NCBI RefSeq assembly: GCF_041397485.1
Contig: NZ_JAWKWO010000004.1
Coordinates: forward strand, 3,042-67,041
Origin: Zhengella sp.
GTDB lineage: Bacteria; Pseudomonadota; Alphaproteobacteria; Rhizobiales; Rhizobiaceae
Direction of reading: 5' to 3'
Length of the DNA: 64,000 bases
In this document: positions 40,293 to 50,851 of the stretch, piece after piece
Position numbering within the stretch: position 1 is the first letter of the stretch
Layout: each line of letters opens with the position of its first letter
Translations under genes and position numbers: made by a program
The notes under the pieces: generated by a model
Databases searched by the model: none
What the model was told of the DNA's origin: nothing
What the model saw: the letters and a program-made list of their open reading frames with translations, nothing else

Positions 40293-41267
40293 CTACTCTG
40301 CCGCCTCCAGCGCCACATCTTGCGTTGCCAGCCAGCGCTCGGCCTCCAGCGCTGCCATGCAGCCAAGACCGGCCGCCGTGACCGCCTGGCGGAAAACGTC
40401 GTCGGTCACGTCGCCGGCCGCAAAGACGCCTTCCACGCTGGTCCGCGTCGAATCGGCCTCGGTCCACAGATAGCCGTTCGGCTTCTGCTTCAACTTGCCC
40501 TCGAACAGCGAGACGGCAGGCGCATGGCCGATGGCCACGAAAACGCCATGCACCGGCATCTCGGTCACATCCCCGGTTTTCGCGTTCTTCAGGCGCACCC
40601 CGGTGACGGAGGGCGGCATGGGCGGCTTGGGCTTCTCGCCGACGATCTCGTCGATCACCGTGTCCCAGAGAACGGTGACGTTTTCCTTGGCGAACAGCCG
40701 TTCCTGAAGGATGCGCTCGGCCCTGAACTCGTCACGGCGATGGACCACGGTCACATGGTTGGCGATATGCGACAGGTAGAGCGCCTCCTCGACCGCGGAA
40801 TTGCCCCCGCCGACCACCATCACGTCGCGGCCGCGATAGAAGAAGCCATCGCATGTGGCGCAGGCCGAGACGCCAAAGCCCTTGAACGCCTCCTCGCTCT
40901 CCATGCCCAGCCACTTGGCCTGGGCGCCGGTGGCGATGATCAGCGCGTCGGCTGTCCAGTCCTGGCCCGAATCGGTCTTGAGGCGGAACGGCCGGCTGTC
41001 GACATCGACCTCCGTGACGAGGTCGTTGACGATCTCCGCACCCACGTTTTCGGCCTGTTTCAGCATCGCCGCCATCAGATCCGGACCCATGACGGGATCG
41101 GCAAAGCCGGGATAGTTTTCGACGTCCGTCGTGATCATCAGCTGCCCGCCCTGTTCCATGCCGGCGATCAGCACCGGCTTGAGCAGCGCGCGGGCGGCAT
41201 AGATGGCCGCGGTATAACCGGCCGGGCCGGACCCGATGACGAGAACATGAGCATGACGCGCGGTCAT
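40293..41267 (-). CDS. trxB: Thioredoxin reductase
   Basis: Contains VLVIGSGPAGYTAAIYAAR, the redox-active site CATCDG, and VVGGGNSAVEEALYL. Confidence 0.97.
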   Translation of the reverse strand: MTARHAHVLVIGSGPAGYTAAIYAARALLKPVLIAGMEQGGQLMITTDVENYPGFADPVMGPDLMAAMLKQAENVGAEIVNDLVTEVDVDSRPFRLKTDSGQDWTADALIIATGAQAKWLGMESEEAFKGFGVSACATCDGFFYRGRDVMVVGGGNSAVEEALYLSHIANHVTVVHRRDEFRAERILQERLFAKENVTVLWDTVIDEIVGEKPKPPMPPSVTGVRLKNAKTGDVTEMPVHGVFVAIGHAPAVSLFEGKLKQKPNGYLWTEADSTRTSVEGVFAAGDVTDDVFRQAVTAAGLGCMAALEAERWLATQDVALEAAE

Positions 41268-41497
41268 GGCGACCCCCTTCCTTCAGCGGCGCTTTCAGGG
41301 CCGTTGACAATCCACAGACGATGTTTGAGCGTCATCTAAGTGTTTGCCACATTCCCTTTCAAGCCCCGGCGCCCCGCCGCCCACCGGTTTTGCGCTCCGG
41401 CGGACATCTCAGGCGTCCGAATGGCGGCTGTTGGCGGCAGGCCGGTTTTGCCCTAGGAAGGAATGCAACGCCACCAATCATCAGGCAGCCACCGCTC

Positions 41498-41983
41498 ATG
41501 ACCACGACGGCCGACCTCGACCAGACGGACTGGAAGATACTCAAGATCCTCCAGGACGAAGGCCGCATCACCAATGTCGAACTGGCCCGCCGGGTCGGCA
41601 TTTCCGCCCCGCCCTGCCTGCGGCGCGTCAAGCGGCTGGAGGACAGCGGCATCATCAGGAGCTATCGCGCCCTGCTCGACGCCAAGGCACTGGGCCGGCA
41701 GGTGGTCGCCTTCTGCCTTGTCGGGCTTCAGCACCAGACGGAAGCCGGCATCAGGGAATTCGCGGCGCGGGTGAAGGACTGGCCGATGGTGCGCCGGGCC
41801 TGGACCATGTCGGGTGAAACCGATTTCCTGCTGCACTGCGTGGCACCGGGGCTGACGGAGTTCCAGGATTTCGTCATCGAGACGCTGACCGCCGCGCCCA
41901 ATGTCGACACCGTGCGCACCGCCCTGACGATCCGCCAGGTCAAGGACGAGGGCCTGGTCAATATCGACCTGAAAACCGCGTGA
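41498..41983 (+). CDS. lrp: Lrp/AsnC-family transcriptional regulator
   Basis: Contains LDQTDWKILKILQDEGRITNVELARRVGISAPPCLRRVKRLEDSGIIRSY. 161 aa. Confidence 0.9.
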   Translation: MTTTADLDQTDWKILKILQDEGRITNVELARRVGISAPPCLRRVKRLEDSGIIRSYRALLDAKALGRQVVAFCLVGLQHQTEAGIREFAARVKDWPMVRRAWTMSGETDFLLHCVAPGLTEFQDFVIETLTAAPNVDTVRTALTIRQVKDEGLVNIDLKTA

Positions 41984-42017
41984 TGCGGCGCCGTCGGACG
42001 ACCGGGAAAAGACACAC

Positions 42018-42869
42018 ATGCTGAGACACGGCCGCTGGTCAGACTTCGAAACACGCCCAAGCGCCGGAGCGGACCTTGCCTCGCCCTTCGGAACCCATGC
42101 CCCGGCTGGATGGCGCAAGACGTTGATCGGCCTGGCACGATCAAGCTTCCTGCGCCGCGGAATGTTCCGCAAGCCCCTGTTCCGCATACTCCAGGGCAAG
42201 CGGCAGCGCCCGCTTGACATATCCTTCCGCGATTGCTCGTTTCGCCTTCTCGGCGAAAACCTGATCGAATACGGCATATTGCTGCATCCCGGCTACAACG
42301 CGCGGGACATGGCCTTCCTGATGGAAGGCGCGTCTCCGGGCGACGACTTCGTCGACATCGGGTCCAACATGGGGCTCTACAGCCTGCCTTTGGCCCGTTT
42401 CACCGGCCCATCCGGCCGGGTGGTTGCCATCGATGCCAATGAGACCGTTTGCGCGCAACTGGCCTTCAACGCCGAGGCAAGCGGGTTGCACAACCTGTCG
42501 ATTTTCGCCGAGGGTGTCAGCGATCACGAAACCCGCGCCCGCCTGAGCCGCCGCAAGGATGACGTGGCCATCGTCTCGATCCGCGAATCCGATGAGGGCG
42601 CGATTCCGGTGCGCCGGCTTTCGTCCATCCTCGATGAAGCAGGGATCGAGCGAATCCATGGTCTCAAGATCGACATCGAGGGACATGAGGACAGGGCGCT
42701 GGTGCCATTCTTCCGCAGTGAACCGGAAAGCCGTTGGCCTGCCCGCATCGTCATAGAGACGGCCGGAAACGGCGAGGATTACCCGGGCTGTTCAGTCGAA
42801 TTCGCGCGTTGCGGCTATCGCCTCGTCGAACGGACCCGCCAGAATTCCTTCTACCTGCGTACCGCGTGA
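42018..42869 (+). CDS. FkbM-family methyltransferase (1 of 3)
   Basis: Contains FVDIGSNMGLYSLPLA...GRVVAIDANE, and KIDIEGHEDRAL. The start is uncertain (ATG 42018 or 42162). Confidence 0.75.
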   Translation: MLRHGRWSDFETRPSAGADLASPFGTHAPAGWRKTLIGLARSSFLRRGMFRKPLFRILQGKRQRPLDISFRDCSFRLLGENLIEYGILLHPGYNARDMAFLMEGASPGDDFVDIGSNMGLYSLPLARFTGPSGRVVAIDANETVCAQLAFNAEASGLHNLSIFAEGVSDHETRARLSRRKDDVAIVSIRESDEGAIPVRRLSSILDEAGIERIHGLKIDIEGHEDRALVPFFRSEPESRWPARIVIETAGNGEDYPGCSVEFARCGYRLVERTRQNSFYLRTA

Positions 42870-42923
42870 GGCATCCGCCTGCCCGGCTTTCCACCGGGCG
42901 GCCCGCTGCGGCCCTGACCCGCA

Positions 42924-43739
42924 CTATGGCAGCAGCAGCACGTCGCATTGCTTGCGGATGGCATGCAGGTCGCGGGCCTTCGTTTCCCGCCGCCCACCGC
43001 CATCGAAAACGATGCAACGCCCGTAGTACCTGTCGAGCAACGCGAGCATCGCCTGCACCTGCTCATCGGTGTAGAAAGCCGGCGAATATTCCATGAAAAG
43101 CGGCACGCTCCGCTCCAGCAATCCGGTCATCGAGCGGATGGCGACCGGTTCGTAGCCCTCGATATCCATCCAGATGAGCGATACATCCGCCTCCGCCACC
43201 CCGGCATCCGCAAGAAGGTCGCCAACGGGTTTCTCCTCCACCGCAACCACGTCGCCACAGGCCGATTCAGGGTGAACCAGCCCGGCATTGCCCGAGTTGC
43301 CGGCAATCCGGCGCAAGGCCACGGGACCGGCCTTGTCCCCGGCGGCGAAGGGGCATATCACCGTCACGGGCGACAACCCGTTTTGCGCCACGTTCTGCCG
43401 CAACAGGGCGACATTGCGCGGATCGGGTTCGATAGCGACAATCCTGCCAAAGCGTTTGCTCATGCCGAAATATACGGTCTGTGTTCCGATATTCGCGCCG
43501 ATCTCCAGCAGCGTGTTGCCGTCCGGTGCCAGCAGACGCGCCTCGTCGAGGATCCGGCACACCATTTCCACGCTGTCGCGCGCGAAATCGCCATGGGCGA
43601 AGACGTGGCGCCCGATCAGGTCGTCGGCCGGCACCGTCAGGCGATGGTCGCCCAGGTCGAGTGTCAGTTCGCTCACGGTCACGGGCAGCAAATCAAGCAG
43701 CAGCTTCCGGCCCCTCGGCCGGTCGAAAACCCGCTTCAT
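42924..43739 (-). CDS. FkbM-family methyltransferase (2 of 3)
   Basis: Contains LLEIGANIGTQTVYF...GRIVAIEPDPRN, and WMDIEGYEPVAI. The alternative TTG start is at 43808. Confidence 0.75.
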   Translation of the reverse strand: MKRVFDRPRGRKLLLDLLPVTVSELTLDLGDHRLTVPADDLIGRHVFAHGDFARDSVEMVCRILDEARLLAPDGNTLLEIGANIGTQTVYFGMSKRFGRIVAIEPDPRNVALLRQNVAQNGLSPVTVICPFAAGDKAGPVALRRIAGNSGNAGLVHPESACGDVVAVEEKPVGDLLADAGVAEADVSLIWMDIEGYEPVAIRSMTGLLERSVPLFMEYSPAFYTDEQVQAMLALLDRYYGRCIVFDGGGRRETKARDLHAIRKQCDVLLLP

Positions 43740-43924
43740 CGCGGCACGCCTTTTCCGGCGTATCCACGTCTCGATCGATCTGAGCTTCAAGACCTGTCCT
43801 CGCGACAAATGGCTGTCTGTGTCGCTACAGATTATTTCGTGGACATCTTGTTCACAAGCCGGATTGAATCCTGTTTGTTTCCAATTCGGCTGATCCCGTC
43901 CCGATCAAAATCCGGAGCGATTTC

Positions 43925-44764
43925 TTGGATACCATCCCTGGCGTAGAGATTTCCTGCTACATCATCTGCAAGAACGAGGAAAAATACATCGAGGCGGCCC
44001 TGCGCAGCGTCGCCTTCTGCCAAGAGATCATCGTGGTCGACAGCGGTTCGACCGACGCCACCGCTGCCATCGTTCAGCGGCTGATCGCCGAGGGCATGCC
44101 GATCCGCTGGTTCGTCAAGGAATGGCCCGGCTATTCGGCACAGAAGCAGTTCGCGCTTGAGCAATGCACCCGCGAATGGTGCCTGAGCATCGATGCGGAT
44201 GAACGGATCGACCCCGACGCCCTGCCGGAACTGGCACGGCGGCTGCCTTCGGCCCGCGAAAACGGCTGGCGGCTCAAGTTCTCGCACTATCTCTACGGCT
44301 ACGGCTATGCGCCGGAAACAACAGCCTCGCCCATTCTCCGGCTGACACGCAACGGCAAGGCCTTCTACAAGCCGGACCTGCTGGTCCATGAAGGCCTGTC
44401 GGTGGAGGGGAAGATCGGGCAATTCCGCCAGCGCGCCATTCTGCACCGGGGTGTGCTGGACACGAAGAACAAGATTGCCAAGGAACTGAACTACGCGGAA
44501 CTGAAAGCGAGGCAACTGCACGCACGCGGGAAGCGTCCACGCTACGTGCGTCTCGTCTTCAATCCGCTCATCTACTTCCTGCGTGTCTATTTCCTGAGGA
44601 TGTATGCCCTCGCCGGCTGGCCCGGCTTCGTTCATGCCGCACGGCTGGCGGTCTACTCCTTCACCACCGAAGCCATCCTCTTCGAGATGCACCGCCACGA
44701 GGTGCCGCCGGGCGAGGACGATCCCGACGCCATCTTTTTCACCGGACGCGGCACCGGGCCATAA
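43925..44764 (+). CDS. Family-2 glycosyltransferase
   Basis: ISCYIICKNEEKYIEAALRSVAFCQEIIVVDSGSTD...LSIDADE carries the DxD motif. Apparent TTG start. Confidence 0.75.
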   Translation: MDTIPGVEISCYIICKNEEKYIEAALRSVAFCQEIIVVDSGSTDATAAIVQRLIAEGMPIRWFVKEWPGYSAQKQFALEQCTREWCLSIDADERIDPDALPELARRLPSARENGWRLKFSHYLYGYGYAPETTASPILRLTRNGKAFYKPDLLVHEGLSVEGKIGQFRQRAILHRGVLDTKNKIAKELNYAELKARQLHARGKRPRYVRLVFNPLIYFLRVYFLRMYALAGWPGFVHAARLAVYSFTTEAILFEMHRHEVPPGEDDPDAIFFTGRGTGP

Positions 44765-44813
44765 GGCCGTGTGGGCCCTGTTCGCAAGCGGCATGGCGCT
44801 GCGAGAGGGGCTG

Positions 44814-45584
44814 TCAGGCGTTGCCGGCGATCTTGCCCGCCCTCTGGCGGGCCAGGACAACCGTGTCCTCCATTCGGTCGATCTCCGCAAGCCCGCGCTT
44901 GCGAGCCACCGAAAGCAGCGCTTTTTCAGTTGTTCCCCATGCGCCATAGGCGTCGGGATGCAGTTCAACGATCATCATACCGACATGATCCAGCATCTCG
45001 TGCTCTTCCAGGAACAGGGCTGCCTCGGCCCCCTCGATGTCGCAGACCACGGTGACATTGCCGGGATTGCCGATCCGTGACAGGAGGCGTTCAAGCGTCA
45101 CCGCCGGGACGGTGATACGCCGCCCGTTTCCCTTTCCCGCTTCCAGCGTATTGGAATGAACGTCGGCACCGAGCAGGAAGACCGCATCGCCGCCACCGGG
45201 ATAGTAGGCCGCATAGACCACGTCCGTATCGCCCGCGCGGGATCCCCGCTGCGCATTCTTCGCGCAGATGTCGAGGATATCGGGATTGGCCTCGACAACG
45301 ACATGGCGCGTTCCGGGCGCAAGCCGCGACCGGATCAGCGCCGAAATGACACCCAGTGAGCCGCCCAGTTCGATCACCGGACGATCGGGCGGAAGGTGTT
45401 TCAGTATCATTGCCGCTTCGGCGCGTTCATACTTGCCGCGCAAAAGGGCATTGGCAGGCCCCACGCCCGCCACAAGCGGCACGATGACATCCTGTCCATG
45501 AAAATCATAGCGCTCGCCATGGCGCGCAACATGCCTGCGCACGCGCCGGGCACGGAAGAAATCGCGAACAAAATTCCAGTCCAT
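44814..45584 (-). CDS. FkbM-family methyltransferase (3 of 3)
   Basis: Contains VIELGGSLGVISALI...HVVVEANPD, and VVCDIEGAEAALF. Start chosen at MDWNFVRDFF. Confidence 0.7.
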   Translation of the reverse strand: MDWNFVRDFFRARRVRRHVARHGERYDFHGQDVIVPLVAGVGPANALLRGKYERAEAAMILKHLPPDRPVIELGGSLGVISALIRSRLAPGTRHVVVEANPDILDICAKNAQRGSRAGDTDVVYAAYYPGGGDAVFLLGADVHSNTLEAGKGNGRRITVPAVTLERLLSRIGNPGNVTVVCDIEGAEAALFLEEHEMLDHVGMMIVELHPDAYGAWGTTEKALLSVARKRGLAEIDRMEDTVVLARQRAGKIAGNA

Positions 45585-45814
45585 GGCGCCCCCACTGCGC
45601 AATGGCAGCGGATCATTATATATCCCGCCTGCCCGAGAAGCCGCTCCTGCCAAAACGGCCATGTGATATGGGAATATCGCCATGTATTTCAATTTATCAA
45701 TACGCTGTTCGTATCATTCGGTCTTGTCGTTTCAAAAAACTCCCGGCGTCGTGACAAATTTTTACTATTGGAAAATCAGAATTTTATTGAGAAACCGTGG
45801 CGTCGGGAGTTTGA

Positions 45815-46672
45815 TCAGCGAAAAACGCCGCCATCCTTGCGCGCCGACCATACGCCGGCGATCTGGCCGAAATGCTTGGCCCGCCGGCGGGCCGAAAGCA
45901 GGTTGTGGGGCGCCAGCAAGCCGCCCACAGCCAGGGCGAGGCTGACCGCCCAGGGCTTGCCCATGCCATGCTTGGCCTGCGCATAAAGGCGCGAACGCGC
46001 CATGTGATAGCCCTTGAAGCGGGCGACATTGGCGCTGCGGCCCGCCGAATGGCCGGACTCGTGCCGCACCTCGGCCTTTGCGGCGAAGCGCAACGGCCCG
46101 CAATCGCGCGCCATCCGGAGCGAAAGGTCGTCGTCCTCGTGATAGAGGAAGATCGCCGGATCGAAGCCGCCGACGGTCTCGAAGCAGGCGCGCCGGCAAA
46201 ACAGGGCAGCGCCCGTCAGCACCGGCACGCTGACATCCTGCGCCGGCAGGCCGCGTTCCAGCCAGGCGGAGCGCGGCAGCAGGACCGAACGGCGCTTGAA
46301 ACCGGAAGCCCCCAACGGCGCGCGGATATGCGGATTGAAGGCGCTGGCCAGCGGGTTTGCGTCGGCTGCCGCCTCCAGCGCATCCAGCGCACCGGGTTCC
46401 AGCGCGGCATCCGGGTTGAGAAACAGCAGGAACTCCGTGTCCGCCAGCGCCGCGCCCGCATTGCAGGCCCGCCCGAAGCCTTCGTTGCGGTGCAGGCGTA
46501 TCACCTGCGCCCCGGCCGCGTCCGCGATCCTTGCGCTGCTGTCGCCGCTGCCATTGTCGACGATGATGACCGGCACACCCTCCGGCACCGAAGCAAGCAT
46601 GCCGGGCAGGACGGCGGCGCTGTTGAACACCACGGTCACGATGGTTGTCCGCGGCTCTGCCGTCCCGGTCAT
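45815..46672 (-). CDS. Family-2 glycosyltransferase
   Basis: Contains IVTVVFNSAAVLPGMLASV...VIIVDNGSGD, NEGFGRACN, and LFLNPDA. Its ATG overlaps the upstream stop (ATGA). Confidence 0.8.
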   Translation of the reverse strand: MTGTAEPRTTIVTVVFNSAAVLPGMLASVPEGVPVIIVDNGSGDSSARIADAAGAQVIRLHRNEGFGRACNAGAALADTEFLLFLNPDAALEPGALDALEAAADANPLASAFNPHIRAPLGASGFKRRSVLLPRSAWLERGLPAQDVSVPVLTGAALFCRRACFETVGGFDPAIFLYHEDDDLSLRMARDCGPLRFAAKAEVRHESGHSAGRSANVARFKGYHMARSRLYAQAKHGMGKPWAVSLALAVGGLLAPHNLLSARRRAKHFGQIAGVWSARKDGGVFR

Positions 46673-47727
46673 TGCATTGTCTCCCAAGACCACAGGCTTT
46701 CATAGACAGCCTGCAATCCCTCCGCCTCGCGGGCAAGGGCGAAATGCGCCCGCACATGCAGCAGCGCGGCTTCGCCATGCGCCTGCGCCATTGCCGGTTC
46801 AGCCAGGTAGGGCCGGATCGCCGCGCGCAGCGCATCGCCGTCGCCGGCCGGCACCACCGCCCCTGTCCTGCCATCGGCAATCATCTCGGCATAGGCCCCG
46901 GCATCGCTGGCCACCACGGCCGTGCCCGATGCCATGGCTTCCAGCGGCGTCAGGCCGAAGCCTTCGTTGCGCGACGGCGCGACATATAGACTGACCCGCC
47001 TGTACCAGGGCCGGATGTCCTCCACCTCACCCAGGAAGCGGATGCGCCCGGCAAGACCGGCAGCATCGATGCGTGCCTGCAGCCGGTCGGCGAACGCCTT
47101 GTGTTCGGGCGTCACCCGCCCGGTGATGACCGCCGTCCATTCCGGAAAATCCGGCAGAAGCGCGATCATGGCATCGACGAAAAGATCGGTGCCCTTCTGC
47201 TCGCGCACGCGCCCGAAGCAGCCGATGGCGCGGGCGCCGGGCAGGCCCGTCACCGCGAATTGGTCATCCGGCCCGCGCCCCGGCCGGAACCGGTCGAGGT
47301 CGATGCCGTGCATGTTCACCACATGCGGCACATCGAGATAGGATCCCGATCGCAGGCTGGTCGCCACCACACCGTCCATGCGCCGGATCAGCCATTTGGT
47401 GAAAGGCTTGTGGCGGCGCTGCGCGGCGGAAGTGAAAAGCAGCTTGAGCGGCATGCGCAACAGGTCGCGCAGAACGATGCCCGCGATCATCTCGACATTG
47501 CGCCGTGCATGCCAGATGCGCCAGCGCCGCCGCGCCGGGCGCCGCCACAGCGCCGGCACCTGCCACCATGCCATGCGCGGCATGTCCGCCGGCAGCCCCG
47601 GCCCCAGCGTGACGATGCCAATGCCGGAGCGCGCCTGCTCTGGCACAAGCTGAACCACGGTCGAGGTCACGCCCGAGAGCCGCCGCTTGAAATGCGGCGC
47701 GATGACCTCGACGTCCCTGATCCGCAT
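46669..47727 (-). CDS. Family-4 (GT-B) glycosyltransferase, LpcC/WadC-like LPS-core mannosyltransferase type
   Basis: N-terminus is MRIRDVEVIAPHFKRRLSGVTSTVVQLVP. PSRNEGFGLTPLEAMASGTAVVASDAGA carries the E-x7-E motif. It lies directly downstream of greA. Confidence 0.8.
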   Translation of the reverse strand: MRIRDVEVIAPHFKRRLSGVTSTVVQLVPEQARSGIGIVTLGPGLPADMPRMAWWQVPALWRRPARRRWRIWHARRNVEMIAGIVLRDLLRMPLKLLFTSAAQRRHKPFTKWLIRRMDGVVATSLRSGSYLDVPHVVNMHGIDLDRFRPGRGPDDQFAVTGLPGARAIGCFGRVREQKGTDLFVDAMIALLPDFPEWTAVITGRVTPEHKAFADRLQARIDAAGLAGRIRFLGEVEDIRPWYRRVSLYVAPSRNEGFGLTPLEAMASGTAVVASDAGAYAEMIADGRTGAVVPAGDGDALRAAIRPYLAEPAMAQAHGEAALLHVRAHFALAREAEGLQAVYESLWSWETMQ

Positions 47728-47748
47728 CGCCCCGGCCAGCCTGTCCGC

Positions 47749-48222
47749 TCAGACGTATTTCACCTCGAGGATCTCGTAGCCTCTCGCGCCGCCAGGCGCA
47801 TTGACCTCGATGGCGTCACCCGCTTCCTTGCCGATCAGCGCGCGGGCGATCGGCGAGGAAATGGAGATGCGCCCCTGCTTCACGTCGGCTTCCTGGTCGC
47901 CGACGATCTGGTAGGACTTTTCTTCCTCGGTATCCTCGTCGACGAGCAGCACCGTGGCGCCGAACTTGATCTTTGATCCGCTCAGCTTGGAGACATCGAT
48001 GACCTCCGCGCGGGCGACGAGATCCTCCAGTTCGCTGACCCGGCCCTCGTTCAGGCTCTGCGCCTCCTTGGCCGCGTGATATTCCGCATTCTCGGAAAGG
48101 TCGCCATGGGCACGGGCCTCGGCGATCGCATCAATGATGCGCGGCCGCTCTTCCTGCTGGCGCCAGCGCAATTCTTCCTTCAGCGTATCGAAGCCCCGTT
48201 GCGTCATCGGTACCTTGTTCAT
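47749..48222 (-). CDS. greA: Transcription elongation factor GreA
   Basis: Contains [30 protein letters not shown]...[14 protein letters not shown]. 157 aa. Confidence 0.97.
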   Translation of the reverse strand: MNKVPMTQRGFDTLKEELRWRQQEERPRIIDAIAEARAHGDLSENAEYHAAKEAQSLNEGRVSELEDLVARAEVIDVSKLSGSKIKFGATVLLVDEDTEEEKSYQIVGDQEADVKQGRISISSPIARALIGKEAGDAIEVNAPGGARGYEILEVKYV

Positions 48223-48399
48223 GGTCTCACCTGTACTTCGCTCCCGGGCCGGGCTTCCGGCCGCCGGGTTTTCGTTGTGCGGATATGCCCGTTCCCCTCG
48301 CGAACGCGCAAAAAGAAAACGGTCACCGGTATGAGCCGGCGAACCGTTCAGACTTCGCGCGAATATAACACTGATTTGCGTATTTTCACGCGAAAAATG

Positions 48400-48948
48400 T
48401 CAGCCGCGCACGGCAGCCGCCGGCAACCGGAGGCCCGTCCCGGATGGCTTGCGCCCCGCCGGTTGCCGGTGCCGCGCCATGGCTGTCACCGCATCGCGCG
48501 CCCGCACCGCGTCGCGCAGGCCGGAGACGACCACCCGCCCGCCATCGCCAAGTTCGAGCACGAGACTGCCACTGCCGGTCAGCCGGCCGTTCAGGCTCGT
48601 GCGGACGGACAGGCCGGTGATGAAACCGTAGCCGAGCGTTTCGCGCCGCGGCGCGGTGACGCCCTGTTCCACGACAAGGGCATGGGAAAGCAGTTGCACA
48701 CGCTGCGAGGCAGCGGCCAGCATGCCATGGGCCGCCAGCACCGGGCTGGCGAGGCATCCGCCGAGCAGGGCGAGCCGGGCAATGGGGCTGGTTCCCTGCC
48801 CTGCGAGCCACAGCAGGAACCATGTTCCGAGGAAGACCACGGCCACGCCGATGGCCGGAGCCAAGAATGCGGTGTGGGACACGGAAAAGGCGGCGCGCCA
48901 TTGTGCCGGTTCGACAGGCAGGACCGGGTTGTCATTGACACCCTGCAT
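48400..48948 (-). CDS. Membrane protein with a probable bacterial PH (bPH)-like C-terminal domain
   Basis: GGAGAA RBS is present. Two TM spans are followed by ...ITGLSVRTSLNGRLTGSGSLVLELGDGGRVVVSGLRD. Domain assignment is tentative. Confidence 0.45.
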   Translation of the reverse strand: MQGVNDNPVLPVEPAQWRAAFSVSHTAFLAPAIGVAVVFLGTWFLLWLAGQGTSPIARLALLGGCLASPVLAAHGMLAAASQRVQLLSHALVVEQGVTAPRRETLGYGFITGLSVRTSLNGRLTGSGSLVLELGDGGRVVVSGLRDAVRARDAVTAMARHRQPAGRKPSGTGLRLPAAAVRG

Positions 48949-49096
48949 GCGTGATTCTCCGCTTTCCGTTTCCTGAGAATACACCCTGTGGACACGAAAG
49001 GACAGGACCGCCCTTTCCGTCGCCGCCGCCATCACCTTGGCGTGATCTGCGGATGCCAATCTTGCCGGAGAAGGCGTTTTGCCTAACTCTGCTTTC

Positions 49097-50230
49097 ATGA
49101 AACCGGATCTCTTGCCCCGATTGCTTGCCGCTGCCGCCTTTCTGGCCGCGACACCTGCACTTGCGCAGACGACAACGCATGACACGTCTGCCGGTCAGGT
49201 CACGGCGACCGTCATGACCGACGGCCTGTCCCATCCGTGGGGCATGGCATTCCTGCCCGATGGCGCGGTGCTGCTCACCGAACGCGAGGGCCGCCTGCGC
49301 CTGTTTTCCGGCGGCTCCCTGTCGGCGCCCATCGCCGGTGTGCCCGATGTGGCCGATACGGGCCAGGGCGGCCTTTTGGATGTGGCGATCGCCAATGACT
49401 TTGCCGAAAGCGGCACCATCTTCCTTTCCTTCTCCGAACCTGGCCGCGGTGGCCAGGGCACCGCCATCGCCCGCGCGCGTCTGGTACGCGACGGCCAGGC
49501 ACCACGGCTGGAAGACATCCGGGTGATCTTTTCCATGGCGCAGAAAACGGGCACGGGCCGGCATTTCGGTTCCCGGATCGTGCCCGCGCCGGATGGCACC
49601 CTGTTTTTCACCATCGGCGACAGGGGCGACAGCCAGCGTGCCCAGGACATGACCGACCACGCCGGTGCGGTTCTGCGCATCAACCCGGATGGGTCTGTCC
49701 CGCGGGACAATCCGTGGGCCGGTGAGTCAGATGCCCGCCCGGAGCTCTGGTCAAAGGGCCATCGAAACCCGCAGGGCGCCACCTGGGACCCGGTAACGAA
49801 TTCGCTCTGGATCACCGAGCACGGCGCACGCGGCGGCGATGAACTGAACCACCCGCGGCCGGGCCGCAATTATGGCTGGCCGGTCATCTCCTATGGCGAG
49901 CATTATTCCGGCGCCAGGATCGGCGTCGGCACCGGGGCGCCGGGCTACGAACAGCCTGAATTCTACTGGGTTCCGTCCATCGCGCCTTCGGGCCTGACCG
50001 TTTACGATGGCGCCATGTTTCCCGCCTGGCAGGGCGACTTCCTGGCCGGCGCGCTGAAATTCCAGCTCGTGACGCGCGTGAAGCGCGGCGAGGACGGATC
50101 GATCGGACCGGAAGAACGCATGTTCGAGGGCGCCTTCGGCCGCATTCGTGACATCGAGGTTGCCGACGACGGCGCCATCTGGCTGATCACCGACGAGGAC
50201 CCCGGTGAACTCATCCGCATTTCCAGATAG
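49097..50230 (+). CDS. PQQ-dependent soluble sugar dehydrogenase (YliI/Asd-like beta-propeller)
   Basis: A signal peptide is present. Contains HPWGMAFLPDGAVLLTEREGRLRL, GGLLDVA, HFGSRI, and GHRNPQG. Confidence 0.85.
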   Translation: MKPDLLPRLLAAAAFLAATPALAQTTTHDTSAGQVTATVMTDGLSHPWGMAFLPDGAVLLTEREGRLRLFSGGSLSAPIAGVPDVADTGQGGLLDVAIANDFAESGTIFLSFSEPGRGGQGTAIARARLVRDGQAPRLEDIRVIFSMAQKTGTGRHFGSRIVPAPDGTLFFTIGDRGDSQRAQDMTDHAGAVLRINPDGSVPRDNPWAGESDARPELWSKGHRNPQGATWDPVTNSLWITEHGARGGDELNHPRPGRNYGWPVISYGEHYSGARIGVGTGAPGYEQPEFYWVPSIAPSGLTVYDGAMFPAWQGDFLAGALKFQLVTRVKRGEDGSIGPEERMFEGAFGRIRDIEVADDGAIWLITDEDPGELIRISR

Positions 50231-50244
50231 ATTTCCGCGACCGC

Positions 50245-50742
50245 ATGAGATCCACCATGACCGTCGTCTACATCCTTCTCGCCATCCTTGTCGTCACCGG
50301 GCTGGTTTTCGCAGCCAACCGGAATGCCTTCTGGGAGCGCATTGCCGGGCCGGCCGACCTTGGCCGCTATGATTTCGACAGCGCCCCGCGCAGCCGAACC
50401 CCCAACGATGCACTCGCCTGCACACCCGGCCTTTGCGGCAGCGATCCCGACATCGTGCTTGGCGAACACGATGAACCGCCGGAGGCCCTCGTTTCCGCCA
50501 TTGCCCGCCGCGTGGCCGAAGGGCCGCGTCCGGCCGTGCAGGTGGATGACGGGCGCGACACCGCCTATGCCCGCTTCGTTGTCCGTTCACCGCTGATGCA
50601 TTTCCCCGACACGGTCGATGTCGAGGCCGTGGAACTGGCCAATGGCCGCACCGGCCTGCGCGCCTATGCCCGCGCCCAGCTCGGCCGCGCCGATTTCGGC
50701 GCCAACAGGGCCTATCTGCGCTCCATCCTGCCCGTCGACTGA
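50245..50742 (+). CDS. DUF1499 family protein
   Basis: An N-terminal TM is present, followed by SPLMHFPDTVDVE...AYARAQLGRADFGANRAYL. Confidence 0.6.
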   Translation: MRSTMTVVYILLAILVVTGLVFAANRNAFWERIAGPADLGRYDFDSAPRSRTPNDALACTPGLCGSDPDIVLGEHDEPPEALVSAIARRVAEGPRPAVQVDDGRDTAYARFVVRSPLMHFPDTVDVEAVELANGRTGLRAYARAQLGRADFGANRAYLRSILPVD

Positions 50743-50851
50743 GCGGGCCGTTCAGCGTTTTCGATGGCAGCCATTGACGGAATTTGATTGACCGGCGCGC
50801 CACGGCGGAGGAGACGGGGATCGACGATCCACTGACGGAAATCCGCCGCCC

